64,000 bases of DNA from Spirochaetia bacterium (lineage in GTDB: Bacteria > Spirochaetota > Spirochaetia > SZUA-6 > Bin103), in the NCBI GenBank assembly GCA_965208575.1, contig CBDBOV010000004.1, forward strand, positions 96,001 to 160,000, given 5' to 3'. This document shows positions 19,919 to 30,405 of the stretch, one piece after another (position 1 is the stretch's first letter; each line of letters opens with the position of its first letter). The translations under genes and the position numbers were made by a program. Under the pieces are notes generated by a model. The model had not been told where the DNA came from and did not search any database. It saw only the letters and a list, made by a program, of their open reading frames with translations.

Positions 19919-21130
19919 GTGCATGAGCTCGGTGTCGGCGCGGTAGGCTGCGGGGCGCGGGGAAGGCGCATACTGCAGCAGTTGCAAGCCACGGGCCGGG
20001 TGCGCATCGCCGCCCTGTACGATCCGGCGGACGACGCTGCCGCGCTTGCGCGGTCGGAACTTGCGCCCGGGCCGGAGCTGGTCGCCGGCTACCGGGAGGT
20101 GGTGGAGCGCGACGACGTCGACCTCGTGGTAGTCGCTTCGCCCGACCATGCCCACCGCGAGCCGGCGGTTGCCGCGTTCGAGCACGGCAAGCACGTGTTC
20201 TGCGAGAAGCCGATGGCGACCACCGTGGCAGACTGCCAGGCGATCTGGCACGCTGCGCGCGCCGCTGACCGGCACCTGTTTGTCGGCTTCGTGCTGCGCC
20301 ACGCGCCGTTCTACCGCGGCATCAAGGCGCGTATCGACCGCGGCGACCTGGGACGGGTGGTAAGCATCGAGGCAAACGAAAACCTGAGCGCCACCCAGGG
20401 AGCGTTTTTCCACCGCGACTGGCGCCGGTTCCGCAAGTTCACCGGCAGCTACCTGCTGGAGAAGTGCTGCCACGACCTCGACATTCTCACCTGGTTCGCC
20501 GGCGCACTGCCGCGCCGCGTGGCGTCGTTCGGCGGGCGGACGGTGTTCACCCCGCGCCCGTCCGCGCCGCTCTACTGCCGAGACTGCGACCTGGACTGCG
20601 CCCATCGCCTGCGCCTGGACGATCCGCCGCCGAAGCCCGCCGCTCGCGCCGAGATCGAGATGAATCACGGCCGCCGGCTCGACCTGTGCTGCTTCAACTC
20701 GGACAAGGACATCGTCGATCACCAAGTGGCGATTATCGAGTACGACAACGGCGTGCGCGCCACCTTTCACTCCAATCAGAACGGCGGCATGCCGAGCCGC
20801 CGCATGTACGTCGCGGGCGAGGCCGGCTGCATCGAGGGCGACCTGTACTGGGGCCACTTCCAGTATGCGCCGGTGGCCTGGTCGCCGCACTTCGAAGGCA
20901 GCGCGTGGCAACGGTCGAAGGTGGGCAACATCGGCCAGCATGGCGGCGGCGACGCACGGCAACTGGCCGCCTGCGTGGCCACGCTGCTGGACGGCGCGCC
21001 GCCGCCGGTGGGGGGACACGCCGGGCTGGTTGCCAGCGTCACCGCGCTGGCGATCGACGAGGCGCGGCTGCACGGCCGCGTGGTCGACCTGGGTGACCGC
21101 TGGCGCGGTCTGGGGCTGGCGGCTGCATGA
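19919..21130 (+). CDS. Gfo/Idh/MocA oxidoreductase
   Basis: GCGARG, CEKPM and EKCCHDLD motifs. Confidence 0.92.
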   Translation: MHELGVGAVGCGARGRRILQQLQATGRVRIAALYDPADDAAALARSELAPGPELVAGYREVVERDDVDLVVVASPDHAHREPAVAAFEHGKHVFCEKPMATTVADCQAIWHAARAADRHLFVGFVLRHAPFYRGIKARIDRGDLGRVVSIEANENLSATQGAFFHRDWRRFRKFTGSYLLEKCCHDLDILTWFAGALPRRVASFGGRTVFTPRPSAPLYCRDCDLDCAHRLRLDDPPPKPAARAEIEMNHGRRLDLCCFNSDKDIVDHQVAIIEYDNGVRATFHSNQNGGMPSRRMYVAGEAGCIEGDLYWGHFQYAPVAWSPHFEGSAWQRSKVGNIGQHGGGDARQLAACVATLLDGAPPPVGGHAGLVASVTALAIDEARLHGRVVDLGDRWRGLGLAAA

Positions 21131-22746
21131 GCGCTGCCGCGCCGCCCGCGCAACGGCCCGAACGGCCCAACGTGCTGGTGTTCGTGACCGATCAGCAGCG
21201 TGCCGATTGGCTCGGCTGCGCCGGCAACGAGGTCCTGCACACGCCGCACATCGACCGCATCGCCGCCTCCGGGGTGCGCTTCTCGCGCGCCTACTGCGCC
21301 AATCCGGTGTGCATGCCGTCGCGCGCCACGCTGGTTACCGGTCTGCTGCCGAGCGACCACGGGGTGCGCGCGAACGGCATCAACCTGTCACCGCACGCGG
21401 TGGTGCTGCCGGAGATTCTGCGCCGCGCCGGCTACCGTACCGCGCTGGTGGGCAAGCCGCACTTTTCCTGCTGGTGGGCGACACCCGAGCGTACGCCCAA
21501 CATCGACTGCTACGATCCGGCCGCCCTGCCGGAGTCGCGCCACCTCTGGGACCGGCGCGTCGTAACCCGGCTGCCGGCGCCTTACTTCGGCTTCGAGGAG
21601 TCGGCGTTCGTCGGCGGCCACAGCGCGAGCGTGTTCGGCGAGTACCTGCACTGGCTCGAGGACCATCATCCGCACGCCGCGGCCGACATCGCCGCGCGCG
21701 CGAGCGTGCGTTCGAGCCTGCACCGCGAGAGCTACTATTCGCCGATTCCCGAGGAGCTGTATTACACCGAGTGGATCACCGAGCGCACCGTGCAGGCGAT
21801 CGACCGATGCAGCGGTGCAGCACCGTTCTTCCTGTGGTGTTCCTACCCCGACCCGCACCAGCCGTTCGGGCCGCCGGCCCCGTGGCACTCCCGCTACCAC
21901 GCGCACGACATGCCGCGCCCGGAGGCGTGGGACGACGACCGCTCCCTGATGCCTCCCCACCATCAGTTCGACTACTACGCGCACCGGGCGTGGGTGGCCG
22001 GCGGACCGGTACCGGCCGACGACCGCTCGCTGGCGCAGATTGCCGAGATGCGCGCCCTGGCCTACGGGATGATGGGGCTGGTCGACCGGGGGGTGGGGCG
22101 CATCCTCGATCACCTGCAGCACAACGGCCTGTTCGACAACACCATCGTGGTGTTCCTGTCCGACCATGGCGAGTTGATGGGCGACCACGGCATCCTGTTC
22201 AAGGGTCCGTACCACTACCAGGGCGTGCTGCGCGTGCCGCTGCTGGTGAGTTGGCCGGGAGGCGGGGTGCGCGCCGGCCACGCCGCCGGCGGCCTGGTCA
22301 GCCTGCTCGACCTGGTACCGACGCTGCTGGAGCTTACCGGCGTACCGTACCCCGAGGAGCCGTTCGACGACTGGCGCGGTCCCGAGGCGGCGCAGGCCGC
22401 CGGCGAGCGCAGCATGTACGATGGCGTGCCGCGGCTGCCGGGCAAGTCCCTGGTGCCGCTGCTGACCGGCGCGGCCGGCGCGGTGCAGGACGCGGTGCTG
22501 ATCGAGAACGACGAAGACTATCGCGCCGTGTCGCTGCGCACCCTGGTGGCCGACCACGCCATCTACACGCGCTATCGCGGCAACCGGCATGGCGAGTTGT
22601 TTGATCTGGCCGAGGATCCCGTGCAACGATTCAACCGCTGGGCCGACCCGGGCGCCGCCGCGCTGCGCAGCGAGATGGAGGGCCGGCTGCTGGACAAGAT
22701 CGTCGACACCCAGGCGCGCCACGTGCGCCACGTGGCGGTCGCATGA
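21127..22746 (+). CDS. Sulfatase
   Basis: PNVLVFVTDQQR, CMPSR, GKPH and SDHG motifs. Confidence 0.93.
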   Translation: MSAAAPPAQRPERPNVLVFVTDQQRADWLGCAGNEVLHTPHIDRIAASGVRFSRAYCANPVCMPSRATLVTGLLPSDHGVRANGINLSPHAVVLPEILRRAGYRTALVGKPHFSCWWATPERTPNIDCYDPAALPESRHLWDRRVVTRLPAPYFGFEESAFVGGHSASVFGEYLHWLEDHHPHAAADIAARASVRSSLHRESYYSPIPEELYYTEWITERTVQAIDRCSGAAPFFLWCSYPDPHQPFGPPAPWHSRYHAHDMPRPEAWDDDRSLMPPHHQFDYYAHRAWVAGGPVPADDRSLAQIAEMRALAYGMMGLVDRGVGRILDHLQHNGLFDNTIVVFLSDHGELMGDHGILFKGPYHYQGVLRVPLLVSWPGGGVRAGHAAGGLVSLLDLVPTLLELTGVPYPEEPFDDWRGPEAAQAAGERSMYDGVPRLPGKSLVPLLTGAAGAVQDAVLIENDEDYRAVSLRTLVADHAIYTRYRGNRHGELFDLAEDPVQRFNRWADPGAAALRSEMEGRLLDKIVDTQARHVRHVAVA

Positions 22747-22766
22747 ACGATCACGGAGGCTGAGCG

Positions 22767-23555
22767 ATGGGAATTCGCGGAATCGGAATTGACGGGCGGG
22801 CCGCGCTGGTTACGGGGGCCGGACACGGCATAGGACGCGGGATTGCGTACGCGCTGGCACGCGAGGGGGCGCGCGTGGTGGTGAACTGGTCGCGCGACGA
22901 GGCGGCCGCCGCGCACACGGTGGGGCGCATCGCCGCCGCCGGCGGTCAGGCGGTCGCCGTCAAGGCGGACGTCGGCGACATCGACCAGTGCAAGGAGCTG
23001 GTACGCCGTTCCGAGGAGGCGTTCGGGCCGGTGGAGATCCTGATCAGCAACGCCGGCATCGGGCAGCCGCATCACATCGTCGATACGCCCGACGAGGAGT
23101 GGGAGCGGGTCATCAACGTCAACCTGCGCGCCACCTTCGCGCTGGCGCGGGCCGTCATGCCGTCGATGATCGAACACCGCTACGGGCGCGTGGTGACCAT
23201 CTCCTCCAATATCGGTTTCTTCGGCAAGGGCGGCGCGTCGTTCGCCACCTACGGCGCCTCCAAGGCGGGCCTGATCGCCCTCACCAAGGGCATCGCCCAC
23301 GAAGGCGCACCCTACATCACCGCCAACGCCATCGTGCCGGGCGGCACCAACCGGCAGACCGCCGACGAGCGCGGCGAACGGTGGCCGCCGCCGCCCGCCC
23401 ACGACGACAAGTTCTTTCTCGGCTGGCGGGTGCCGCTGAACCGCGTCGGCACCCCGGAGGACATCGCCGCCGCGGTGCTGTACTTCGTATCCGACGCCGG
23501 CTGCTACGTCACCGGCCAGTCGCTGCACGTCAGCGGCGGCTCGCTGATGCCGTAG
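22767..23555 (+). CDS. SDR family oxidoreductase
   Basis: TGAGHGIG, NAG and YGASK motifs. Confidence 0.93.
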   Translation: MGIRGIGIDGRAALVTGAGHGIGRGIAYALAREGARVVVNWSRDEAAAAHTVGRIAAAGGQAVAVKADVGDIDQCKELVRRSEEAFGPVEILISNAGIGQPHHIVDTPDEEWERVINVNLRATFALARAVMPSMIEHRYGRVVTISSNIGFFGKGGASFATYGASKAGLIALTKGIAHEGAPYITANAIVPGGTNRQTADERGERWPPPPAHDDKFFLGWRVPLNRVGTPEDIAAAVLYFVSDAGCYVTGQSLHVSGGSLMP

Positions 23556-23676
23556 ACTCAGTCGGCCGCGGTCAAGTTGCGGCCACCGTCGCGCCGAGCG
23601 CCGCCCGGGTCGCGCGTGTTGTAGATGCCGCCGGCGGTTACGCAACGGGAGGCGGTCAGTTCTTCAAAGCCGGATG

Positions 23677-24483
23677 TCACGTGGCGGTTCCGGAGTCTTG
23701 GTCTCTCGCCCGCTTGAGCAGCTTGATCAGCGTCCCGCGCGCCTCGTCGGGGCTCTGCAGCGGCTCGGGAAATGCGACCCGCGCCAGGCGCGGGCCGCCG
23801 GAAGTGTGGGCGCGCAGGGTCACGCCGTACCGGTCGACCCCCACCATGGCGGCGCCCGTTGCGTCGTCGAGACCCGCCAGGGCGGTGACGTACAACAGGT
23901 TGGCGTCGGCGTGGTCGTCGTTCATGTGGCTGATGATGGCGCCGGCGTCCTGCGCCAGAGGGTCGACCGCCGCGTCGGCGTAGTCGTTCGCCGTGACCCA
24001 GCTCATGTGTCCGAAGCCGCCCACGAAGCGGCACTTCTCCACGTCGAGCCGCCAGAAACTGAAGTCCGAGAAGTCGACGTAGGAAGCTGCGTACGGGTGG
24101 CGTTCCAGGTACGCGTCGCGCGGGGCGGCCTGGTCTTCGGCGCACCGCAGCCTGCCCAACAGGGTCAGGCGGGCGCTGCCGAGCGGGTCGCCGTCGCGCG
24201 GCGCGGCCGCGGCGGCGAGCATGCTTGCCCGGTCGTCGCCGCGCGCATTGACGGTATGCTCGGCCAGCTCTGAGATCAACAGCAGTGGTGCCCCGCCGCC
24301 ATCCACGGCGTAGGAAACCACGCTCCCGTATGGGTAGCCGTCCGCGGTCAACGTGCACAGGGTGGCCTGCCGCTGTCCTGCGGTCAGCGTGCGCGACAGC
24401 TCTGCATCACTGGGAAACGATTCGGGTGTGCCGGCGATCGGCGGCCCGCGGCGGCCGCCGCCATGTTCACTCGGGCGTGCCAT
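23677..24483 (-). CDS. HugZ / pyridoxamine 5'-phosphate oxidase-like protein with DUF2470
   Basis: PYGSVV, SELAEHTVN, VGGFG and HMNDDH motifs. Confidence 0.88.
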   Translation of the reverse strand: MARPSEHGGGRRGPPIAGTPESFPSDAELSRTLTAGQRQATLCTLTADGYPYGSVVSYAVDGGGAPLLLISELAEHTVNARGDDRASMLAAAAAPRDGDPLGSARLTLLGRLRCAEDQAAPRDAYLERHPYAASYVDFSDFSFWRLDVEKCRFVGGFGHMSWVTANDYADAAVDPLAQDAGAIISHMNDDHADANLLYVTALAGLDDATGAAMVGVDRYGVTLRAHTSGGPRLARVAFPEPLQSPDEARGTLIKLLKRARDQDSGTAT

Positions 24484-24590
24484 GTTCGCAGGGCAGAGTA
24501 GTGATCCGCCCGCCGCGTGTCGACAACAACGACCGCCGACGGTCGAACCGGCCGCACACCCGGGCAACAACTCGGCCCGGGGCGGCGTGG

Positions 24591-24604
24591 CGATGGAGGT
24601 GGCG
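24591..24604. repeat. Island att site: displaced copy of the tmRNA 3' end
   Basis: CGATGGAGGTGGCG is identical to 56941-56954. Confidence 0.88.
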
Positions 24605-24777
24605 TCCATTCCTATAGTGTTTCCCTTGATTTCGTCCACGGTCAGGAAGTTACTACATAAAATAAAAATAAAGAGCTATTCTGTCTCTTGACGTTTCACA
24701 TCATACCCCTTAAGGTACTATAGAAAGTGGTACCATAAGGTATGCCATACGTCTGATAGTTAGGAGGGTATCGAACT

Positions 24778-25956
24778 ATGAAGCGTCCGAAGCGACTTAG
24801 CGCCACCTTCGTCAGGACGGTCAATGTGCCAGGCCGTTACGGCGAAGGACGCGGCGGCTTTGGTCTTTCCCTACTGGTCAAGCCGCGAGCGGGTGGCGGA
24901 CTGTCGAAGGCTTGGGCTCAACGGTTACGTATCAACGGCAAGCCATGCAACTTCGGGCTCGGCACTTACCCAATTGTGACGCTCGCGGAAGCGCGTGCGA
25001 AAGCGTTGGAGAACGCCAGGGCCGTCGCGAAAGGGAGCGACCCCCGGAATCGACCTCACGTTCCTACATTCGAGCAGGCGGCTGAGAACGTGATCCGGCT
25101 CCACGAGCCGACGTGGCGCCTTGGCGGCGGTGCGCCCTCGGACAAAGTCTGGCGTTCTTCGCTGACGCGCCACGTCTTCCCACGGCTCGGAGCCAAGCTT
25201 GTGAGTGAAATCACGACTGCCGATGTGCTCAGTGTGCTGGTGCCGATCTGGCAGGCCAAGGCTGAGACGGCACGTCGGGTGAAGGGGCGCATCTCGACAA
25301 TCATGCGCTGGTGCATAGCGCATGGCCACATAGAGAATAACCCGGCGGGCGATGCCGTGGCCGCGGCATTGCCGAACAACCGTACCCCGCAAGCGCATCA
25401 CCGGGCTCTGGCTCACCATGATGTTGCCGGCGCGCTTGCCAAGGTGCGCGAGTCCGGCGCAAGTCGGGCCGCGAAGCTATTGTTTTCGTTCATCACGCTA
25501 ACAGCATCCCGATCTGGCGAGGCGCGCCTTGCCGATTGGTCAGAGGTCAACTTTGAGGGGCGCGTGTGGACCGTGCCGGGGGCGCGCATGAAGGCCAACC
25601 GAGATCACCGTGTGCCGCTCGCCACATCAGTGGTCGTGCTGCTGGCGGAGGCGCGGGAGCTGTCGGACGGCTCCGGGCTGCTGTTTCCGTCGCCCTCGGG
25701 GCAGCGGCCGCTAAGCAACAACACTTTGATAAAGCTTTGCCATGACCTACGGCTGGGATGTACACCGCACGGGATGAGGACCAGTTTCAGAACGTGGTGC
25801 GGCGAGACGGGGCAATCGCGGGAGCTGGCCGAGCAAGCGCTCGCACACGTCAACCCGAACAAGGTCGAGGTAGCATACATGCGAAGTGATCTGTTTGAGC
25901 GGCGACGGAACCTGATGGAGCAGTGGGCGGAATATATTGGGAGCTTATATACCTGA
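24778..25956 (+). CDS. P4-type tyrosine integrase with arm-binding domain
   Basis: GLGTYPIVTLAEAR; catalytic SRSGE, HGMR, LAH and AY motifs intact. Confidence 0.95.
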   Translation: MKRPKRLSATFVRTVNVPGRYGEGRGGFGLSLLVKPRAGGGLSKAWAQRLRINGKPCNFGLGTYPIVTLAEARAKALENARAVAKGSDPRNRPHVPTFEQAAENVIRLHEPTWRLGGGAPSDKVWRSSLTRHVFPRLGAKLVSEITTADVLSVLVPIWQAKAETARRVKGRISTIMRWCIAHGHIENNPAGDAVAAALPNNRTPQAHHRALAHHDVAGALAKVRESGASRAAKLLFSFITLTASRSGEARLADWSEVNFEGRVWTVPGARMKANRDHRVPLATSVVVLLAEARELSDGSGLLFPSPSGQRPLSNNTLIKLCHDLRLGCTPHGMRTSFRTWCGETGQSRELAEQALAHVNPNKVEVAYMRSDLFERRRNLMEQWAEYIGSLYT

Positions 25957-26020
25957 GTGCCCAGGCCCTGGGAGGCCCGGCGGGACGATCTGCGTCCGCC
26001 GGGCCATGCGCCTCCTTCGG

Positions 26021-26455
26021 TTAGCTCAGATCGTCGATGTACGCTGCGACCTCGGCGGTGGCCACGTCGAAGGTTTCTTGCGCCTGCCGCGATGACACGC
26101 TCAGGTACTGTTTTATCTTCGGCGTTGCACACTCCTGGAGCTTCTGGGCGGCCTCTTGAAAAGTAAGGCCTTTCTGGTAGAGAAAACGGCGGATCACGGT
26201 GTCCGCGGTCATCTTCTCTAAGGAGAAAATGACCTTTGCCGAAACTGAGGCGCCCTCTTTCTCGCTCCAACTTGCTTCCACGGCGGCGTCGACTTTCGAC
26301 TTCACCTGTTTGTCGCTAAGTTCTTGGGCGCACCACGCGATCTCGTCGCGTACCACGCGCTCCAGGCGTTGCCTCTCGTCCTCGCAACCCATCAGAGCGA
26401 TGGCAAACGCCAGAGTCGCCATCGCGACGAATGGCGTCCTCCTGAAATTGATCAT
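26021..26455 (-). CDS. Hypothetical lipoprotein
   Basis: GGGAGG RBS; signal peptide with LMGC lipobox. Confidence 0.7.
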   Translation of the reverse strand: MINFRRTPFVAMATLAFAIALMGCEDERQRLERVVRDEIAWCAQELSDKQVKSKVDAAVEASWSEKEGASVSAKVIFSLEKMTADTVIRRFLYQKGLTFQEAAQKLQECATPKIKQYLSVSSRQAQETFDVATAEVAAYIDDLS

Positions 26456-27103
26456 TCTGATCCTCCCGGTTGCGGCGGCTTGGTCTTGGTGGGTCCACCG
26501 CAACCCACCGTCCACGATACCATTGCGTGCCCGGTAGTCAAGCACTTGTCCTATAATCTTGCTAACCTCATTCTAAATAATGAGTTAGGGCAGAACAGCA
26601 GGAGGAGGCGCTTGTCACGACCTGCCGCGCTGTGGTTAGCTGCGGCTGCCATGAGCAAGAAGAAGGGGACCCAGGGAAAGGGCGAGCAGGGAGCTCAGCT
26701 GAAGAAGAACGTCAGGGGTGACTCTGTCCGACGATCTGCCGGACGTATCCAAGGTGGTCCAGCGCGCCGCATCAGGGGCCAACAGGTGCCATCACCGAAG
26801 CCGCTCCAGGGGCGAATAGGGTGTTGACGCCCGCGATCTGGTAGATGGGGATGCCGCGATCTGGTCGGCGATGATTCCCGGTGTCCGGTGTTATTCCCGA
26901 ATTGAGTGAGGTAGCCAAGTTCGCCTCATACATGCTGGACGGCGCCAGCGACGCACACAGAGGACCGACAATCTTCTTTCGGTTCGGGTTGGTGAAGGAG
27001 CAGAGCGCGGATCACCCTCAGTACGCGCCCTTGGGGTCCTGCCAAAATACGTCAATTCGGGAAAATCGGCCCGATTCGCTGACCAGAGCGCGGGCACTGA
27101 CAG

Positions 27104-27216
27104 CTACTTCGGCGGCAAGGAGAAGAACAAGCACTCGAACAAGAAGCTCCGCTTGGGCCGCGGGCGGTCGGCAAGACGGTGGTCGCTGCCGCGCGCGACC
27201 GCGAGACCAACCAGAT
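27104..27216 (+). pseudogene. IS1595 transposase internal fragment
   Basis: Encodes YFGGKEKNKHSNKKL..GKTVVAAARDRETNQI, similar to 39785-39905. Confidence 0.75.
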
Positions 27217-27237
27217 CAGATCAGATCAGATCAGATC
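27212..27237. repeat. (CAGAT)5 microsatellite
   Basis: Five perfect pentamers at the truncation point. Confidence 0.9.
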
Positions 27238-27274
27238 GGCTCCGGTCAAGGTTCGGTGGGGTAGCCTTGCCGAG

Positions 27275-27466
27275 TTGGCTGACAAGGCGAGGGATAGGAA
27301 GCGTACCCTGCGACCGTAGCGGCGGCGCTTCACACAGGAGGAGTTCGACGAGCTGTGGACCCTGGGCGTCTCGCCCGAGGTCCTCGCACAGGCTGTGCTG
27401 AGCGCGCCCGGCAAGCCGCGCGGCGGCGTATCGAGGATCGGAGGTACAACCCAAATCCTCGCCTAA
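27275..27466 (+). pseudogene. Small-protein paralogue of 54910-55062 with internal TAG
   Basis: ADKA...F.QE.FDELWT..VSPE.LA.AVL..P.KPR shared between the two. Confidence 0.65.
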
Positions 27467-27648
27467 GGCCGTATCCCAAGGGTTGGAGACGGTCGAAGCC
27501 TGTAAGTGCCTTCCAGTACATCATTTATGAGTATGGTTGTGCTCCCCCACTTCCACAGGTCTGTTGCATCTCTATAAGAGAAGGCTGGCGTAAGTCCCTA
27601 CCTGCGCACGTGTTAGCGACTCTCCGGCGCGTAACGCGAGGATCAAGG
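27453..27648 (+). repeat. Dispersed 196-bp repeat, copy A
   Basis: Ungapped match (~77% by hand count) to the reverse complement of 47850-48045. Confidence 0.85.
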
Positions 27649-27786
27649 TACAAGTTATGGGCTTGACGCCCCCGAGTCAAGCGCCGGCGCCGGGGCCACC
27701 CAGCGGGAGTTCGCGCTGGAGCTTGAGCCGTCGGCCTACGATGCCAGGCGTGGCGAACCCGTAGCCCTCCAGGATTTCATCGACCG

Positions 27787-28755
27787 TCAGTATCTCATGG
27801 CCGGGTATTCCAGCCCGCCCAGCTTAACGACACCGGCCTCGGCCACGAAACGCTTGAAATTACGTTCCTTGGCGGCGCTCAGCGGCTCCAGGACGATCAA
27901 CCCGGCCATGACCACCGCCAGTTCGTCTTCGAGCACGCCGCGTAGCTGCCTCAGCACGCCGATACCGATGTTCTTCCCGCCCTTCACTTCGATGATCATG
28001 GACTGAATGTCCGCGCCTTCGTACTCCGAGAAGTACAGGCGCCGTCGATCCCACCGTCCGCCGTCTTCTTGTTGGAGGCGAAACCGTGCACTCGCTCGAT
28101 TGCCCAGCACTAAAAGTGGTGCGTATCGCGCTGCCATAGCACGCGCGCACCTTCGATGGTCTCCGGTACGCCGTCGACCACGAAGTCGGTACCCTCCACC
28201 AGACCGCAGCGGTCTTCGAGCCGCGTCTGCTTCACCCGCTTGATGGCGTGCAACGCGATGTGTATGCCGATCCACTGGCGCCCCAGGTTGTTTGCCGCTT
28301 CCAATGTGGTGGCGCAACCGCAGAACGGGTCCAAAACAAGGTCTCCCGAATCGGTACACGACGAAATCAGACGCTCAAGCAACGCCACTGGTTTCTGCGT
28401 GGCGTAGCCCATACGCTCGGCTCTGTTTCAGCCCATAGTGGAAAGTCCAGGAACATCGGCAATTGTATCTTGAAGCGGCACCCCCTTAGCTTCCGACAGG
28501 TATCTTTTGAGTTTCGGCCATGCTCCGACTGTCTCCGGCCAGAATATCCGCCCGTCGTCGTCCATGGCGGGACAATTCATCAGGCGGCACCATCCAATGC
28601 CGGCCCTTGTCGGTAGGATCGAACCCTCGCCACGGTTGCCCGGTAGCGCCACGTCGTTCGCCGCTACCGGTCATGTCTCCGGTCCAATACAATCCGCGCC
28701 CGTCGTCATCGTTGTACCTGAAATAGCGCTCAATGTATGCCGGATCGTAGGGTTG
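27787..28755 (-). pseudogene. Decayed DNA methyltransferase fused to an Mrr-like endonuclease domain
   Basis: Fragments KRYLSE..GVP, GYATQKPVALLER, VLDPFCGC and IIEVKGG lie in several frames; N-terminal half is missing. Confidence 0.85.
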
Positions 28756-28810
28756 CCGAACGTTCGACCACTTGTGCCTGTTACCGGCCGCGCCAGTCTC
28801 GCCTGGCCGG

Positions 28811-28933
28811 CTACCGGAAGTGTCGCCACTTGCGCCACTTCCGGTACTTCACGATCAGCACGATAATCCCGACCACGAACGGCAGCGTTACTAGGTTCAC
28901 CCACTCCCAGCCCGGTATGACCAGCTTCACCAT
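28811..28933 (-). CDS. 40-aa single-TM peptide with basic tail
   Basis: MVKLVIPGWEWVNLVTLPFVVGIIVLIVKYRKWRKWRHFR; TAATG coupling to the upstream ORF. Confidence 0.5.
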   Translation of the reverse strand: MVKLVIPGWEWVNLVTLPFVVGIIVLIVKYRKWRKWRHFR

Positions 28934-29387
28934 TACTGAGGCTCGCTACTCGACCAATCCGTGAAACCGTGGATGCTGTGCCCGTCAGCGCAGTCCAGGT
29001 CCCATGGATCGCATCCCGCATCGAACGGCAGCGATACCCCTGGAGATGAGGATGGCGGCGGCGGTGGCGGTGGGTCTGGCGTGCATACGATCCGTTCGTA
29101 GGTCACCTTCTTGTGAGTCTTGACCCGAACCGTGGTCCAACAACAGCTCAGCGTCCCCGCCGGCCGTCCGCGCAGCAGGTCACTGAAAGTGCCCTTGGAG
29201 ACCGTGCACTTGTAGACTCGCCTGCTCTCTATCGTCGCACCCACTTCGACTCCTTCACGACTTTGCAGCCGGCGTACACCGTTACCGCGGCGAACAGCGC
29301 CATCTCCGCAACCATCACGAACGCAACCAGCCGCGGCGCTACCCGCCGAAGCACTGCCTTGCGAGGGGGAGCCAGCCTGGGGCGCAT
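28933..29387 (-). pseudogene. Secreted Cys/Pro-rich protein, apparently frameshifted near 29235
   Basis: Signal-peptide-like frame from ATG 29387 stops at ~29230; a Cys-rich poly-Pro frame continues to 28933. Confidence 0.45.
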
Positions 29388-29469
29388 CTGCGTCGCGGCG
29401 TGTCAACCCCTTCGTCTGAGGAATTACGCGGAATAGCAACCAGAGGCTGATCGTGACGCGCTTCCCGGC

Positions 29470-30405
29470 TTATGCGAATGCGGGCAACTGCTGCTGTACT
29501 TCGATTGGCGAGAATCGGCGGTGGGAATCTTCCCAGTACCCACGGTCCTTCTCGACCGAGATCCACCTCCTGCCAAGTGATTCGGCGACCATACCGGTAG
29601 TGTTGGAGCCGGCAAACGGATCAACCACCAGATCTCCGGGATCGGTGCAGAAGCTGACAAAGAACCGTGGCAATTCGGCAGGGAATCTTGCCGGATGAAT
29701 CTTTCGCCCGTTCGCCTTCGCGCCGTTGATGTACTCACTGTTGCTCTCGTTGTTTCCGCATTGGAACAAGTTTGGAGGTATGGACCCGCCGTTATTGGAC
29801 GAGAAGGTCTGCCGAATGACGTGGCCGGAGGGTCTGGTCGTCTCGATTACGCCACGCGCTATAAGTCGTTCCATGTCTTTAGAATAGGAACGCAACACCT
29901 TCGCGTTGTTCGCCTTTGGAAATGCCTCCTTGCCGAGCCAGAAAATATACTCCACGGAATCCTTCACGCGGATACGGCGGACGTTCACCCATTCCGCAGG
30001 AGCAGGGAGCTTGGCCGGGTTGAACCAGAAGAATTCCTGGCACAGGTGGAACCCAATCTCCTCGCATAGATGCAACAACACCTTGAAATGATACAAGGAT
30101 CGTGTAGGAGCACCCGGCGTCCAAGCACCCCCAATGTTCAAAGCGAGGCTGCCGGTGGGCTTGAGCACCCGGAGTATCTGTTCGCAGAAAGGGCTGATCC
30201 AATCAACGTAGTCTTCCTGGTCTGCGTTCCCGTACTCCTTCTTGAAGTGCAGCGCATAGGGCGGCGACGTGACCACTAGGTCTACGGTGCTGCTTTCCAT
30301 ATCGGAGAGCACGTTGATCGCGTCGGCGCGGTGTGCGATCCCAAGACTGGTAGAGTAGGACGTCACGATCCTTGCTCCAACAGGTCTCGTAGTGACCGAT
30401 ACCAC
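29470..30405 (-). CDS. Site-specific DNA methyltransferase (beta class, probably N4-cytosine)
   Basis: VTSPPY, HPARFP and VDPFAGSNTTG motifs. Confidence 0.93.
   Translation of the reverse strand: MVSVTTRPVGARIVTSYSTSLGIAHRADAINVLSDMESSTVDLVVTSPPYALHFKKEYGNADQEDYVDWISPFCEQILRVLKPTGSLALNIGGAWTPGAPTRSLYHFKVLLHLCEEIGFHLCQEFFWFNPAKLPAPAEWVNVRRIRVKDSVEYIFWLGKEAFPKANNAKVLRSYSKDMERLIARGVIETTRPSGHVIRQTFSSNNGGSIPPNLFQCGNNESNSEYINGAKANGRKIHPARFPAELPRFFVSFCTDPGDLVVDPFAGSNTTGMVAESLGRRWISVEKDRGYWEDSHRRFSPIEVQQQLPAFA

Noticed and set aside
26651-26865. 58-aa basic ORF and 12-bp direct repeat CCGCGATCTGGT
   Set aside because: No motif or second copy; too weak to call
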